From contig CM007992.1 of assembly GCA_002189035.1 (NCBI GenBank), forward strand, positions 248,001 to 312,000: a DNA stretch of 64,000 nucleotides, in the 5' to 3' direction. The position numbers were made by a program, and so were the translations under genes. The stretch comes from Utricularia gibba. Taxonomy: Eukaryota; Plantae; Magnoliophyta. Positions 27,155-40,080 of this stretch are shown here, piece by piece (the stretch's first letter is position 1; each line of letters begins with the position of its first letter). The notes under the pieces were generated by a model that made no database searches, had not been told where the DNA came from, and worked only from the letters and a program-made list of their open reading frames with translations.

Positions 27155-28191
27155 TCACATGAAGCTGGGGAAGGGCGGGCCTTTAGACAACCCAAGCCGC
27201 ACTTCCATCCCGTGGTGCATGTCCACTGGACGAACTGATTCGGATTCCCTAGGATCTGAGATTCATTGCCAATATATCAGGAATGTGGAAGAACCATGCA
27301 CAGAGTATTGATTGAATCAACAGAGAGCCTAATCCCTTAACAAGTCTCATCAGAGGTTGGAAACATATACAGAGAAACACTAGTAGCAAGTAAGCATGTT
27401 AATACTTGGGAGTTGGAGGACAGCAGATTAAAAACCCCACATAATACATTACACAAGGTCATCCAATTAAGGGTAATGAAAAGCCATTTTCATGTCAACC
27501 ATCATGAAATGCATGCAAGATATTAGCACGTAAGTTACCATTGAGATAGTCTCCAAATCCAAAATCTTCCAGCGTTCCTGAGAAGGCCTCTAGGCCAACG
27601 AAAGAAGACGGTATAGCCCCTGGAGGCCTTTGAAATCTGCGGACATTGGCAACATTCATAAGCATACATGTCCAGATAACCCATTGGTGAAATGTTAATG
27701 TAAGCCCCCTCACAAAAGAGAAACTTTTCACAAATCCGTGAAGACAGCTCGAAAGATCCAAACTCAGCATAATAAAAGGTGCCAAAGCACATAATTATAG
27801 TTTATGAAAACATCCAATCAGGAAAGCTTAGCAATCCCAGACAACACTTGACCAATGATTTAGTAGAAAAATTTTAACAAATTCAAACCAACGCGACATT
27901 AACCTGGACAGAATCTGGCGATCGAGGTCCATCTTCATTGGAAACGCGGCCCCATAGGTGTTCCTCAAAATCTCCCTCTTCATTCCTTCTTGCCTCGCCT
28001 TTGCCTGCACACGAACCCATTAACCAAAAACCCACAAACATTAACCAAGATGTAGAGGCAGAAATTTGTACTGATGGGTAGGCAGATTCAAGTGGGTGAG
28101 TCTCGATAATATCACTCTTCACGCCATGAAGTCCGTATCGCAGCGGATCATCCACACGCCCTTCTACTGATATCTCTTTCACAGAACCCAT
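27155..28191 (-). CDS. UMP1: Proteasome maturation factor UMP1, 4 exons
   Basis: DPLRYGLHGVKSDIIETHPLE|...YGAAFPMKMDLDRQILSR|FQRPPGAIPSSFVGLEA...|DPRESESVRPVDMHHGMEVRLGL. Confidence 0.92.
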
Positions 28192-28805
28192 CACCAGAAG
28201 TTCGCCCTTCACCCCAAGAAAATCCCTGAACTGCAGTGCCCAGAGCGAAAAATCGTCTTTAAGGATGTGAGATCCCAGACATTTGTCTTACGGCACAAGA
28301 AAATTGAGATTGGATTTGGGCTTCCAGCCCATTTCAAGATAGGGCTTCACCACGCATATTCAATTGACTAATGGGCTCGCCCGGTCTACAAACCCGATAT
28401 ACCGGGTCGGGTTTCAGATCTAATATGGATAGAATTTGGCTGCCTAGGCTACACGTTTGCATCAACCTAGCCTGCTTTTCTGATATGGGTTTGTTGCACT
28501 CCGTGATCCAACGGCAACAAATAGCTCTTTTATTTAATCGGACGGTGGAGATCCATCCTAACCCCGGGGTGCAAGAGTGCCATTCCGTGAAGGCTGCAAC
28601 CCGCACGTTTTTAGTTCTTTTTTATGGATTTCTTTTATTCAGTTTATATTGAAAATGTAAGTGACATTTTCCCCAAGTTATCGACAAGGATACTACCAAA
28701 ATACCCCTTTCATACCCTTCCTATAAAAGGCAGCGCTATTCGATTGTGTAGGTATCTATCTCTACGCCGGAATATTGCGGCCTGTTTCCTGGTCGTGGGG
28801 GGGCA

Positions 28806-30512
28806 ATGGCGATCAAGAACATATTTTCCAGACGTCTTCTTGGTATATCGCGAATTGCAAGCGCCGTTACAAATTGCCGTACATCCTCTCCGCGTGCAGC
28901 GGTCGAATCGGCCACCGTTGCGAGGCACCAGAAGGCTCCGAGCAAACTTATGCCGGATCCTGGAGACGACGGCATTTTCCGGAGATATCTACACCGTCAT
29001 TCGTCTTCGGTGATGTCGGATTCACGGTTTCTCCCAACAGGTGAAAAACTTCGGGAAAAGCTCCAGGTGATGGACATCACGAGAGATAGGATAAGGCTAG
29101 ATGGCCTGATTCCTCCTGCACCCCCCTCGACGGACGCAGATCTTACTGTCGAAGAGGCCAAAAAGATTTTCAGGTTATCGCAGTTGGAATCGATGAAGGC
29201 TAAGGTGAAACGGATTGAGAAAGAAACGGTTTCGTATTCGGAATTCATCGAGATCTGCGCCGAAGAATGTTCGGATCTAAACCGAGCCCTAGAATTTGCC
29301 AAAATGCTTGATGAATCTGGGAATGTCCTTGTTCTAGGGAACACAGTTTTCCTCCATCCCGAACAGGTTGGCTCCTATTTCCACCTTCGATTTCTTCAAT
29401 GCTCAATTTATCTGTTTTATTATCCGAATCTGCTGTTTTGTTTTTAGATCACCAGTCATACATCGCCAGTTCCAGTTTCTCCTTTTCTGTTCTTCTCTAA
29501 ATCTCTTTTTATCATTAACATCTACCGAAAACTGATGAGGTTTTCCCTTTATGGGCTTGTGTTTCCATGTCTCCACAGGAAATTGAAACTACATGTTTCG
29601 CACCCAGATCTTTTAGAACGAGATGGCGTCCTTGTCATTCATCTTTAACCATTGCAAAATTGTCTTGTGATTCCCCCTTTTAAAATCACATAAAAAAAGG
29701 AAAATTTTATCACGCCTCTTCATCTAGGATCTGGAGTGTTGGGAATCCCAAAGCCCCATTCTTTTTCTCATGGGTTATTGGGTGTATAGTGATGTCCTAT
29801 ATTTTGTTTGGAATAGCTGCTAGTGCCTAACATACGGTGTCGTCTAGCCATGTAGTTGTGCGGTGGGAACCTTTCCTATGGTCAACTTTTTCGACTGACC
29901 TGCACCTTTTTGAATAGTGAAAGTCCGGAGGTTTGGAGTTGGAGAATGGTGTCATTGTCATCCGTTGGTGGATGATCTTTACGTGAAATGTCTCTTGTTT
30001 GTTAGTCGTGCATGTCTGCGAGTCCTGGACTAGAAAGGTGGAGGGCACCCCAGTTTTACCAAATGTTTGTGTGCAATTTTGCTGTGATGGCAGGTCCTAA
30101 AAGCAATGAAGCCTCTGCTTCCACGTCGCCCGACGGTGGCCCTGGACCCGCCTCCGCCAAGGAGCTCGAAGAAATGGAGAGAGTAAAAGCAGCCATCGAC
30201 GCGGATGCCGCAAAACTAGTCCGCCGCGAGCTGTGGCTGGGGCTCAGCTACCTGGTCGTCCAAACGGCGGGGTTCATGCGCCTCACCTTCTGGGAGCTCA
30301 CCTGGGACGTGATGGAGCCCATCTGCTTCTATGTCACATCCATGTACTTCATGGCCGGCTACACCTTCTTCCTGAGGACCTCCAAAGAGCCATCCTTCGA
30401 AGGGTTCTACCAGAGCAGGCTGGAAACCAAGCGCAATCGCCTGATCAAGTCCCGGAACTTCGATCTGGCTCGGTACCGCCGTCTAAGAGGCTCCACAGAC
30501 GGTGATGTTTGA
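28806..30512 (+). CDS. MCU: Mitochondrial calcium uniporter (MCU), 2 exons; apparent 1-nt frameshift at ~30140-30160
   Basis: Transit-peptide-like N-terminus, DESGNVLVLGNTVFLHPEQ|V and pore motif WELTWDVMEPICFYVT. Confidence 0.92.
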
Positions 30513-31193
30513 GTTGGAATGACTCAGTTTTGAGCGGCTCTGTAACCATATTCCGATGAGGCTCACGCACTTGAATAGGAAGAGGGAAACACTTGTTCTA
30601 TGAACAATGTACCCTTCACATTCAATTCTCTCATTCTCAACCTAGGTATTCAAACATACTCAAATTGATAGGATGATAAAATGTGATCAATTACATGTTA
30701 AGGGCGATATGATGATATACTATATTGATTATTTTAATGGTATCGTATATTGGCTATTGATGAGGAAGATGTTGTGTTTCAATAGAAGGGTTTAGGGTTT
30801 TTCTAAAAGATAAAAAATATAAAATTATAAACATTAGAAACTAAAAGAGATAATATCATGAAATAGGAGAATGGATTATTACAAAATAACTACAATCTTA
30901 TGAGCCAGCTCAACGTAGGTGTTCAAATTGTGTGTGTTTATTTAATAAAATAAAATATTTATTTTAATAATATTTATTTAAATTTAAACTAATTAAACCA
31001 TTTAATCATTTATATGTCAAGTAGCTGAAAATCAATCGACGTTGCGTGTTGGATTCGTATTTCCCTAGCTTATTATGGTGCTTCTTCGTTGATTAATGAT
31101 ACAGATGTTGATTAATTACGCGCGTGCATTCACCTAACTGTATAGCGGGTGGAAATGAACAGGCTGATTAGGTGCTGGCCTCTCGACCGACTT

Positions 31194-32026
31194 CTAGCCT
31201 GTGACGTGTGCCGGCCTTGCGATGGTGCTTCGCCGGAGGGTGAAGAAGAGGAAGAGAATCGCTCCGTTGAGAAGCGAATTGAAAATCCAAGCTCCGATTC
31301 CATTGCATCCCCCATTGATGTAGTGAAGTAGAAGAACCGGGGGTTGCAGATCAAATTCAGGCCTAGAAGAGACATCTGGCAGTCCAGGACGAACGGGAAA
31401 CATGCCGTCGGCAATCCGATCGCCGTCCAGAATGTGTAACCGTACACGACGGAGTAGACGAGAGTCGTCAGGAGAATCGCGAGGACTTGGAATGACTGGG
31501 AGAATTCCAGCCAGAGGAAGGACGTGAAAATAAGAATCGAGTGAGTCAATAGATTGAAGATGGAGAGGCGTCGGTGGTGGAAAATCGCCATTAACGGCCG
31601 TGCCGCGTGGAGGAATCGCGATAGGTAGTATATGTATGACCAGAAGAAAACGCGGCCGGAGGTGCGGGTTCCGATTGGGAAACAAAATAGCCATTGTAGA
31701 GGAGTTGTACGGTAGCGTCTCCACATCCACCGCATATCGCGGATCTCAGCGGCGCTGGAGATAAGAATCCCCGCGAAAACAACGGCCGAGATGAGCACCA
31801 TAGCCAGGGAATGAACGGCGGGGATGGGGCCCAGAGTTAGGGGACGGCGTTTAGGGAAAAGTAGAAGGAGAATCCCGTGAAGGATCAGCGCGGAGGAGAC
31901 GTAGAAAGCGATTGAGGAGAAGAGGAAAAGCCACGTCGTCCCAAACCATTGGGCTTCACCCCATCGGAATCCGACGATGGAAGGGTGCTCAGAGAAGTAG
32001 TATACAAGGCGGCTCAGTGACCCCAT
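31194..32026 (-). CDS. HOS3: GNS1/SUR4 (ELO) family fatty-acid elongation protein, HOS3-like, intronless; apparent 1-nt frameshift at 31339-31343
   Basis: YYFSEHPSIVGFRW, FPIGTRTSGRVFFWSYIYYLSRFLH and WLEFSQSFQVL. GGCNGIGAW..NSLLNGAIL is in the adjacent frame. Confidence 0.88.
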
Positions 32027-32208
32027 CCGCCCTTGATCGGCGTTAAACGCCGGAATCTTGATTACCCCGGCGACCAAAACAGAGATAAACCTCTGCCAAG
32101 AGGTAAAGTGATCTCTTCCCGTTTAAATATTAAAAATCACGGGCTGTATTTAAAAGTATTATACTATGGGCTACTCTTGAAACTGCTTTGGTCAACTCTT
32201 GGTGGCGC

Positions 32209-32504
32209 ATGGCTCCCCAGTCCTCCATGGAACATTTTCAGCGGAAGAGAAGCTCCTTCGCATCTATGCGTGGAACGGCGCCATTATCCCCTTGAAGTGC
32301 ATCAGCCCGGAAAGAATTCTGAAGGTCAGGAAGCAGCTACCTGGCATTTCGGTGGAGTTTTCAGATAGGAGGAAGACGGACGGAATCAGCTATCTGGTAC
32401 TCAATGGAGGACTGCAGATGGCTTTGATGTTCTCCCAAAATCCCGAGAATTCGATGACCAATGGAACAGTACTGAACGCAGAGACAGGCGAAGGAGCTGG
32501 CTGA
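32209..32504 (+). CDS. Possible small orphan protein (~98 aa); needs one extra base near 32236 to join its ATG
   Basis: Stop-free frame 32199..32504 (SAEEKLLRIYAWNGAII...), coding-like composition, ATG at 32209 in the neighbouring frame. No family recognised. Confidence 0.3.
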
Positions 32505-32698
32505 AGAGCATTAGCCCGATGAAGAAAAGGCCTAACGGAGGTATACCTTGTTCACATTTATGGGAATTCTACGTGCTCAGATATTGAAATTCGAAAGATT
32601 CAGTTTTTGATTAGGTGACAAGTGGATCCAGCTACACAAGACGCGAATGCACAGGACAACAACGACGATGAAGAAGGTGAAAGCCCCATGTCCGGATT

Positions 32699-33001
32699 TC
32701 AGCAGTAGAATGTGAAACCCAGATTCCTTTCGGCGAAATCCAGCAGATCATCGATCTCATCTTCATCGATGTACCCACTTCCATTGACGTCCCCTTCGCG
32801 CATTCCGAGAGCGCTCTTCCGGGAGCTAAAAAAGCCCCGACGGCTGCGCACGGCGGCGCGGAACTCCTTCGCGCTGATCTTGCCATCCTTGTCGGCATCA
32901 AATTTCATGAGCCATTTCTTGAACTCCTCCACCGTCATCTGGTTCTTGTTTCTGCCCATGGAAGTGCTTCGGCGGTTACTATCCATCGATCTGATTGCCA
33001 T
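32699..33001 (-). CDS. Two-EF-hand calcium-binding protein (CML/polcalcin-like), 100 aa
   Basis: EF loops DADKDGKISAKE and DVNGSGYIDEDE. Confidence 0.9.
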   Translation of the reverse strand: MAIRSMDSNRRSTSMGRNKNQMTVEEFKKWLMKFDADKDGKISAKEFRAAVRSRRGFFSSRKSALGMREGDVNGSGYIDEDEIDDLLDFAERNLGFTFYC

Positions 33002-33367
33002 TTTTTTTCACTTCAACACAGGATGGTAAGAGATTTGGGTGGTGTTGCGGTCGATTTAAAGTGAGAAAGTCCAGCTCCACCTTCTTGATTCGTACTCATC
33101 TTGACGGTGGAAGAACCTCCATTTTCCCAAATCAGAATCGGATTCTGTGAAATGGAAAAAACGTTCTATTCTCGCCGGATGTGACATTTGACTACGTCGT
33201 TCGCCCACATCGCTGAAATATCAGACCAAAATTCCCAGTCAAGAAAACATGGCGAAATTGCACGAACCCCTGAGGACCGACTGCGTGCACGGGAGCAGGG
33301 ACAGGGAAGGTTGTTCTGGGCCAAGGCCCATTTACAGTATTATTGGGCCGTAGTATAAGGCCTTAAC

Positions 33368-34363
33368 TCAGTTATAGGTACATTGGGCCACCAGAGGAAG
33401 AGCCACGTTCATGTTTCTAGAGTCCATATCAACCTTGCATTGAATTACTGTGTTGAATATGGGCTGAATAAGGCGGCCCAAAACTAGACCCCTGGCCCGC
33501 ATTCGTAGAGTCAACGTCAACGGCACCGGCTGCACCTGACGGCTTCCGAGATCAGCGCCTCCGCCGTATAACGGGACTTCGCTCCCTTCCACCGTCACCG
33601 ATACCGTCCTCTCGGTCTTTCTCGTTTGGTAAAATTCGTTAATCTGACATAAAAAGGAATTATGAGATTTGCGTTCTGTCCGTCGTCAAAATTGATGTTT
33701 TTTGTATGTACCGATCCAGTGGCGAGGACGAGATTCGAAAACGAAAGATCCAGTGGTGACGGCGAAACGTGGACCCTAAAGAAAGTGCCGGTGTTCTTGA
33801 AGAGTAAAGCAACGGTGGAGTTCAAGGCAACCATTTCTGTGCCTACTCCTGAAGCGTCTGTGCCTGCATGTACCGCGAAGTTTTCGAAGACTATGCTCTG
33901 CAAATTTTTACAGGGTAACGGTGATCAGCCGTAGTTTCAAGCTGTCGTTATTGATTGCGTTGATGAAATGCGTCACCTTCATGATGACCTCCGGCTTCTG
34001 ATTTCTGCTGACGCCCCACAAACCGAGAACGAAGAAGGCGAACAACAGAGCGAACCCCACACCGAAACCCGGAAAGCAGCACCACCGTTGACCTTCCCCA
34101 TCTAGAGAAGTCTTCTTTTCAACGGCGTGGATCTGGTTCCCGACGGTCATACGGTGGTAGCCGATGGTGATATCCGGAGAACGGGGCTTGAAGTAGCCAG
34201 AAAATCTGGTGGAGGATGAGGCTCTGGAGAGGCGGCCAGGGGAAGCGGCGGCGCAGAGAATCGGAGTCAAAGGCGACGAGTTCACTGTCTTCCCGCCGTC
34301 GTCGGAGTCCCTGGATGGGCTCTGAACGTAGTAGGCCCCCTCCGTGTTCCCCTCGGCGTGCAT
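33368..34363 (-). CDS. LEA_2 / NDR1-HIN1-like single-pass membrane protein, 3 exons
   Basis: YYVQSPSRDS, SRASSSTRFSG, transmembrane helix, then AGTDASGVGTEMVALNSTV...NTGTFFRVHVS and VPLYGGGA; GT-AG introns keep the frame. Confidence 0.88.
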
Positions 34364-35283
34364 TTACTTTTCTCTTTTGAAAAGAAAGCAAGATGAGTTT
34401 GGGGGTTGATGAAGAAAGGGACTAAACGAAGAGTTTGGTCAACGTTTAAAATGAGATTCCCTCGCACACATATATGAAGATAAAATCATATAATTAAGTA
34501 TACATTGATGGGAGTAAATCTGATTAAATAGATAAATTTTTATAATTTTATATAATACATTTTACTCAAGAGTAAAAAATGTAAATCGTGAAATTTAGAT
34601 AAAAAAAAAAAGATCATGGATTGTAAAATGAATATTTGAAGGTGATAATATCAGTGTGAATTATAATATTTTTTATCAAAGCTAAACATGAACACGTGTC
34701 GTTGATGGAACAAGAGTAATCAACGAGAATAGTGAATGTCTAAGTTAGGGAAAGTATAACGTCATGGGCTTGGTAAGAGCATCCAATTTTGATACTTTTA
34801 CATTTTATTCTTCTGGAGAAAACTTCATTAGTAACTAATTTATTTTAATTTTTTCAAATATGAATTATGTTTATTGTGTATTTAAATATGTACCTATTAA
34901 TTTCATAATTTCAACGAATAGTCATTGACCATCCAAAGGGTTCCCTTCACCTCCATTAATGGGCCATCCGTACGGCCCAGATTGTATTACCCTTTTCAGA
35001 AGTTACAGCCCATACGACATTCTCCGATCAGATAGGACAGAAAACGATAAGAAATGGACATCAACGACCGGCAACTGGAAACAGTGCCGGTTGTGGTACC
35101 GATTTCCAGAAATATCTTGCGAAATATCTGTTTCTATTTCTAATCAAATTACTTGGAGAAAATGAAACCTGAAAATAACCAACGGTAAAAGTGAAACCAT
35201 ACGGGGAAACTAGCAAAGCGACGTTTTTACTTTTCACTTTTTACCGTCCACCATTGTTTTTGACAAAGATTCAAGGGTTTCTG

Positions 35284-37040
35284 TCATCGGTCCGCCGAGG
35301 ACATAAAAACATGGCAGCCCGATGATGTGGAAGGGGAAAAAGGGATCACAAAGGTGTGTTCATGGGGTGGATTCCCATTTCTAGATAGCCAATTCTGGGG
35401 TTGAGGGAATCCTGATGATGCTGCTGCAAATGGACGCCTGTGATTCATTTGGATCTGCCGTTGGTCGTTTCTCCTCGCAGCTTGCTGATACCCCATCTGC
35501 CATTTTCATCTCTCGACTCAGAAACGGATAGTTTCAGTCTCCAATTGAATGAAACTTACGTTGTAGCACTCCAATGGGGTCGCAAATGATCCATTCGTCG
35601 CTTGGATCATGTGGGTTTCGCTTGATTTTCTTCCCACTGCTTCTGCGTCGCTTTGATTCTTCGTGCTTTGTGTTCTCCCTAAGCTTAGATCCAGATTATG
35701 CTCTGCTGTTGAACACTCGGTCTCTGTACAGACTTTGAGAGTAAAAAATTGAGAAGAAACGTGAGATTGTGAATGATGAATCATGTACCAGAAGCCACAG
35801 GTTTGAGCTCATCTTCGTAGACGCTGGGATCGAAGTTAGTGACTGCTTCTTTCCCACTGTATTTGATCGCTGCTTTGTCATAAGCCCTGTGCAAACCGTG
35901 AAGCATTCAGGTGATTTCGCAAGGAGGGTGATGAAGAGGAGAGGCCAAACGGGAAGAACGCACCTTGCGGCTTCGATTTCCGTATCGAAGAGGCCCAGAT
36001 AAACATACCTAAGTTCAGAAACACAATCAGTACAGTTGAAGTTTCTGAGAAACTGGTAATGAGGATGGTGCATCACTTTTTGCCTAAGAACTGCCCCATT
36101 CTGGCTTCCCATCTCCCGCATTTGTGTAGAGTGACGCCTCTGTACTTCGAACTTCCTTTTGGAAAACCAGTGCTTTGTCGACGAAGGACATGAACAAATT
36201 CCTCCTTTGTAAGATTCTTCATCTGCAGATGTGTGGATGAGAGATGACAGAATTGTAGGCGTTTGGAATGAATGATTAGAATTAACACCTTTTTCAAATC
36301 GTCCTCGTAATCCTCTAGATCAAAGTTGATGTCTGCTTCCAGTCCCCGGAACTTGATGGCTGCTCTGTCGTAAGCTCTGAGGCGCAGATTCAGGTTTGTA
36401 AGAACTCGCTACTGAGGTTTAGAGCAGTGAAAGAGAAAGAAGATGACCTCGCTGCGGCGTGGGCTGTGTCGAATCCGCCCAAGTAAACTTGTTTGCCGCA
36501 GTCCCTGTAAATCAGAAGCGGGGTTTCAAGAAAGCATGGATTTTGAAACTGGATGAAGTCTGATGATCACCATATGTGGGATTCCCAGCGGCCAGTTCGC
36601 CGGTAGAAGGTGACGCCGCGATATTGGGAGCTTCTTGAACGAGGGCCACGGCGGTTCTTCTTCAGGGGTTGGAGAGACTCCAGGAAGGGCTTCTCTGCGC
36701 CGCCTTGAAGGTCACCGCCGAATTTAACACCGACCCAGTGAGCGGCCCTAGGGAAATCCAGCGGCTCCTCGCCGCCGCCCAGTGGCTCTGTGTCATCCAC
36801 CGGGAAGAAGTGGCGGGTCACCGGCGAGGATGAAGTTCCGGAGAAGTCCTCATCGTAACTCTGCGCCGTAGAGAACCCGAACACCCTACTTCTCCGCCTT
36901 CTTCCGTCGCCCCTGTATTCAGTTTCAGACCCATCCTCCGCCGCGGACGAACCCGAATTCGACACGGATACGACGCACTTACCCTTTTCAACGGATTCCT
37001 TATCCCCTTCTTCATCTGGAGCACCGTTCAGATCCCACAT
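35284..37040 (-). CDS. AP2: APETALA2 (euAP2, two AP2 domains), 8 exons
   Basis: MWDLN EAR motif, [50 protein letters not shown], second AP2 domain [26 protein letters not shown] and AAASSGFP. Confidence 0.95.
35406..35426 (-). promoter_or_regulatory. miR172 target site in the last AP2 exon
   Basis: Minus strand CAGCAGCATCATCAGGATTCC is complementary to miR172 (AGAAUCUUGAUGAUGCUGCAU) with one G:U and terminal mismatches; it encodes AASSGF. Confidence 0.92.
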
Positions 37041-37597
37041 CCCGAAGCCACGAAAACCCAGGAGCAAAAAGATCAAAACAAGAAAAAACTTCTCAAATCC
37101 CTCTGCGCAGTTCAATCAATCCTCTGTTCATGCCAAAAATACAGAGTCGTCTCCTCAAAACACCGTCTTGGTAGGGAGGGTCTAGATCTCAAAACCGTCA
37201 CAAAATAGCTTGTCTGGTTCGAATGCTTGGCCTAAATCAGAATCAACACCACTGTTTCTTCTTCTCAGAACTCGACGTAGATCCAAGAATGGGGAATCCC
37301 CATCTTTGGGCCCCTGCTCTCAATCAAATCAAGGGACGGAGTTGAAGAAACACAACAACTACTTTTTCCATTTATGTACACCTCTGGTTCCAGAGTTCCC
37401 ATAGACAAACAAATGATCCCCAGAGCCCCTTCTCATCAGCAGAAGCAACCGAAATCACATTGGCATATGCGTAGATCCACAGGCTTTTTGAGGAAATGTG
37501 TGAAAAAACAGTACGCCGTAGTTTCGAACAGTAGCTGTCAAGATCGGGACATGAGAGAGATCCAGGATTACCGCAATCTAGGCATAGAGAAAGAAAC

Positions 37598-37601
<4 letters not shown>

Positions 37602-37665
<64 letters not shown>

Positions 37666-37690
37666 CAGAGAGAAAGAGAGAGAGAGAGAG
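37602..37690. repeat. (GT)31 microsatellite followed by a GA-rich tract, upstream of AP2
   Basis: G(TG)31 at 37602-37664, then ACAGAGAGAAAGAGAGAGAGAGAGAG. Confidence 0.97.
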
Positions 37691-39189
37691 GGAGTCATCT
37701 CCTTCGGACACATCGAAAAGCCAACTCGCGCGTTTTGGGCATCCTTCTCTTTCCTTCGTTTTTGGGCCAACACGAGATGGATTAATCCCCACTCAACTTC
37801 CATCTTCTTCATCCCCCGATGCTTCATGGAAATGCAGTCACAGTCAGTGGAAGGAATACTCACTCTCGCTCCACAAATCAGAACGATTGAAGATTGGATG
37901 GAATGAACATTCACAAATGTTCAAATTAATAATCTAATGAATCAAACAAATATAATTTAAATTTAAATATACAAAAAATATGAATTATATTAAAAAAAAT
38001 TAAACTCGATCAAATATTTTATATATTTGATTAATTTAATTTAAATTTTTTAATATGTGATTGTTAATTCCAATATCCATCCTTAAGTAGAATTGATCAT
38101 GGTTAAATATTTTATTATTATTAATTATTAATAATATACATTTGATTAAATTTGATAAAACAATGATTTAACCAATCGTTTCAAATCGTAAATCGGTTAT
38201 AGAAGCAATTCACAATTTTTTAGTCATTTAAACCTACCTTAATTATAAAATAATTCATTTATTTTAAATGTGTATATAAAATACACTCATTTTGTTGATC
38301 ATTTTTCAAATTTCGATAGAGAGAGATGATTATGTTTTAAATATTCAACAACAACACGTGCATAGTCGCAGGATGGAATATATTAGAAAAGTGGGTACCC
38401 TCTCTTGAGTGTGTGAGAAAATTGGCTATCACATATATAAAAAAATTAATCATAATGTATGGGATAAAAGGTTAAAGTAATCAATTTTCTAAATGTACTT
38501 CACAATATGTCATTTTCATGGAGCCCAATAAAGCGGATGAGTTTGAGGTGTTGAATCGGCCCAGGTACTATGGGCCTGGGTGGGGCAACTGGCCCAGAAA
38601 CTTCGTCCTAAAAAAATAATATGTATATTTTAAATACATTATTACTAGGTTTTAGTTTAATGGCAAGTAGCCCGACCCGGGACGAAGACTTGTCGACGTT
38701 TCCCTTTGAATAAAACCTAGTGCCTGGGACAGGACGGGCTGGCCATTTTCGCCGTGCCCCACGTGCCCAATTAAAAAATCCCACTCAGCATCCTTCTTAT
38801 CCGTTTTCACCTTAAAATTCCGAATATTAAATTTTATTAAAATTATTAAATACCTTCAAAGCTTTAAAAATGGCATGTAAAATTAAAACAAAAAAAACTG
38901 TCGCACTCGAAATATTAAAAAACTGAGGGAAAAATTATGGCGCCCCTCTACTGGGCGCCGGCTACGCCAGCCGGAATGAACTAGAGAATTCCGCCGCCGC
39001 CGGGACCGGTGAGGGGTAGCCGGATATTCGCTTTTCAATGAGAGCTGGTACGGGGAGGGGTATAGGCACAAAAGTGGTGTTGTGCTGCTTCCTTCAACAA
39101 TGGAACAGTTGCGTACAAATAATTGCAGAGATCCATACAAGAAACGCGTCCATCTGAGTGAGGGAACTAACAGCAAAATGCTTTATTGG

Positions 39190-39639
39190 TTACAGAGGAG
39201 TAGTGGTAGAAAAGGGGACACTTGCAGGGGCTGTGAAATCGGGTTCGATTTCCGGCTCCGGGTTCTTGTTCAGATCGATTTCATCGTGGTTCGGATGATG
39301 AAGCAGCAGCCCCTTGTTGGTGTGGAGGGCGTCGACTCTGGCTCCCACCTCTGCCGCCTTCTCCCGGATTGAAGCGGCGGAGAGGTCTTTCAGGCCGCCG
39401 AAGGAGATCTCGTCGGGGAAATTCAGTTTCGCCGACGGGCCACGGAGGTAGTATACGGCGGTGTCGTAGGCACGCGCTGCCGCCACCGGCGTGGAATAGG
39501 AACCGAGCCAGATTCGTGACCGCTTGTTGGGCTCTCTAATTTCCGCTACCCATTTCCCCCATTTCCTCATCCTTATCCCCTTGTACGGCTTCTCGCCCCG
39601 CCGCCTGCACCCACTCCGACCCCCCTCGCCACCGTCCAT
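39190..39639 (-). CDS. DREB subgroup A-5 (RAP2.1/DEAR-like) repressor, intronless
   Basis: AP2/ERF domain [50 protein letters not shown] and EAR motif DLNKNP. Confidence 0.93.
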   Translation of the reverse strand: MDGGEGGRSGCRRRGEKPYKGIRMRKWGKWVAEIREPNKRSRIWLGSYSTPVAAARAYDTAVYYLRGPSAKLNFPDEISFGGLKDLSAASIREKAAEVGARVDALHTNKGLLLHHPNHDEIDLNKNPEPEIEPDFTAPASVPFSTTTPL

Positions 39640-40080
39640 CCCCTGCTTCAACCCACAAAAATTCAGATCTCCAGCCCCGCCGCAGCGACTCCCAACAACT
39701 TCAACTCGTAACCCAGAACCGCATCACGACACAAAAAGCAATCAATCAAGCGCAGATCAGATCAACACCAGGCAGACAAGAGACCGCCAAAAGCCACCGA
39801 CACACCATAACACAACCGAATCTCCCCCTGGCTCTTCTCCCTCAGCCTGCTATATAGTCGCCGGGATTCATTAAATCCCCATCGTCTTCGCCGCCACCCC
39901 CACCACTCAACAAACGCCGAAAACAAACCAATGGATGGGCTTACGGGATTCTTCTAATCGCTATCCCATTTGGTGCAAACCCCAACGGCAAGAGTCAGAG
40001 TCATCACGCGGGCGGGGGCTGCTCATTATTGATACGCAACGGGAATAACAATAATACTGGTAGTTAATAGAAAGAAACAA

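Noticed and set aside
35497-35559. Apparent sixth frameshift in the last AP2 exon
   Set aside because: A CAG acceptor at 35499-35497 gives a 63-nt intron and restores the frame without any indel.
37372-37937. ORFs with HTHTHT or VCVCVC runs
   Set aside because: These are translations of the (GT)n microsatellite.
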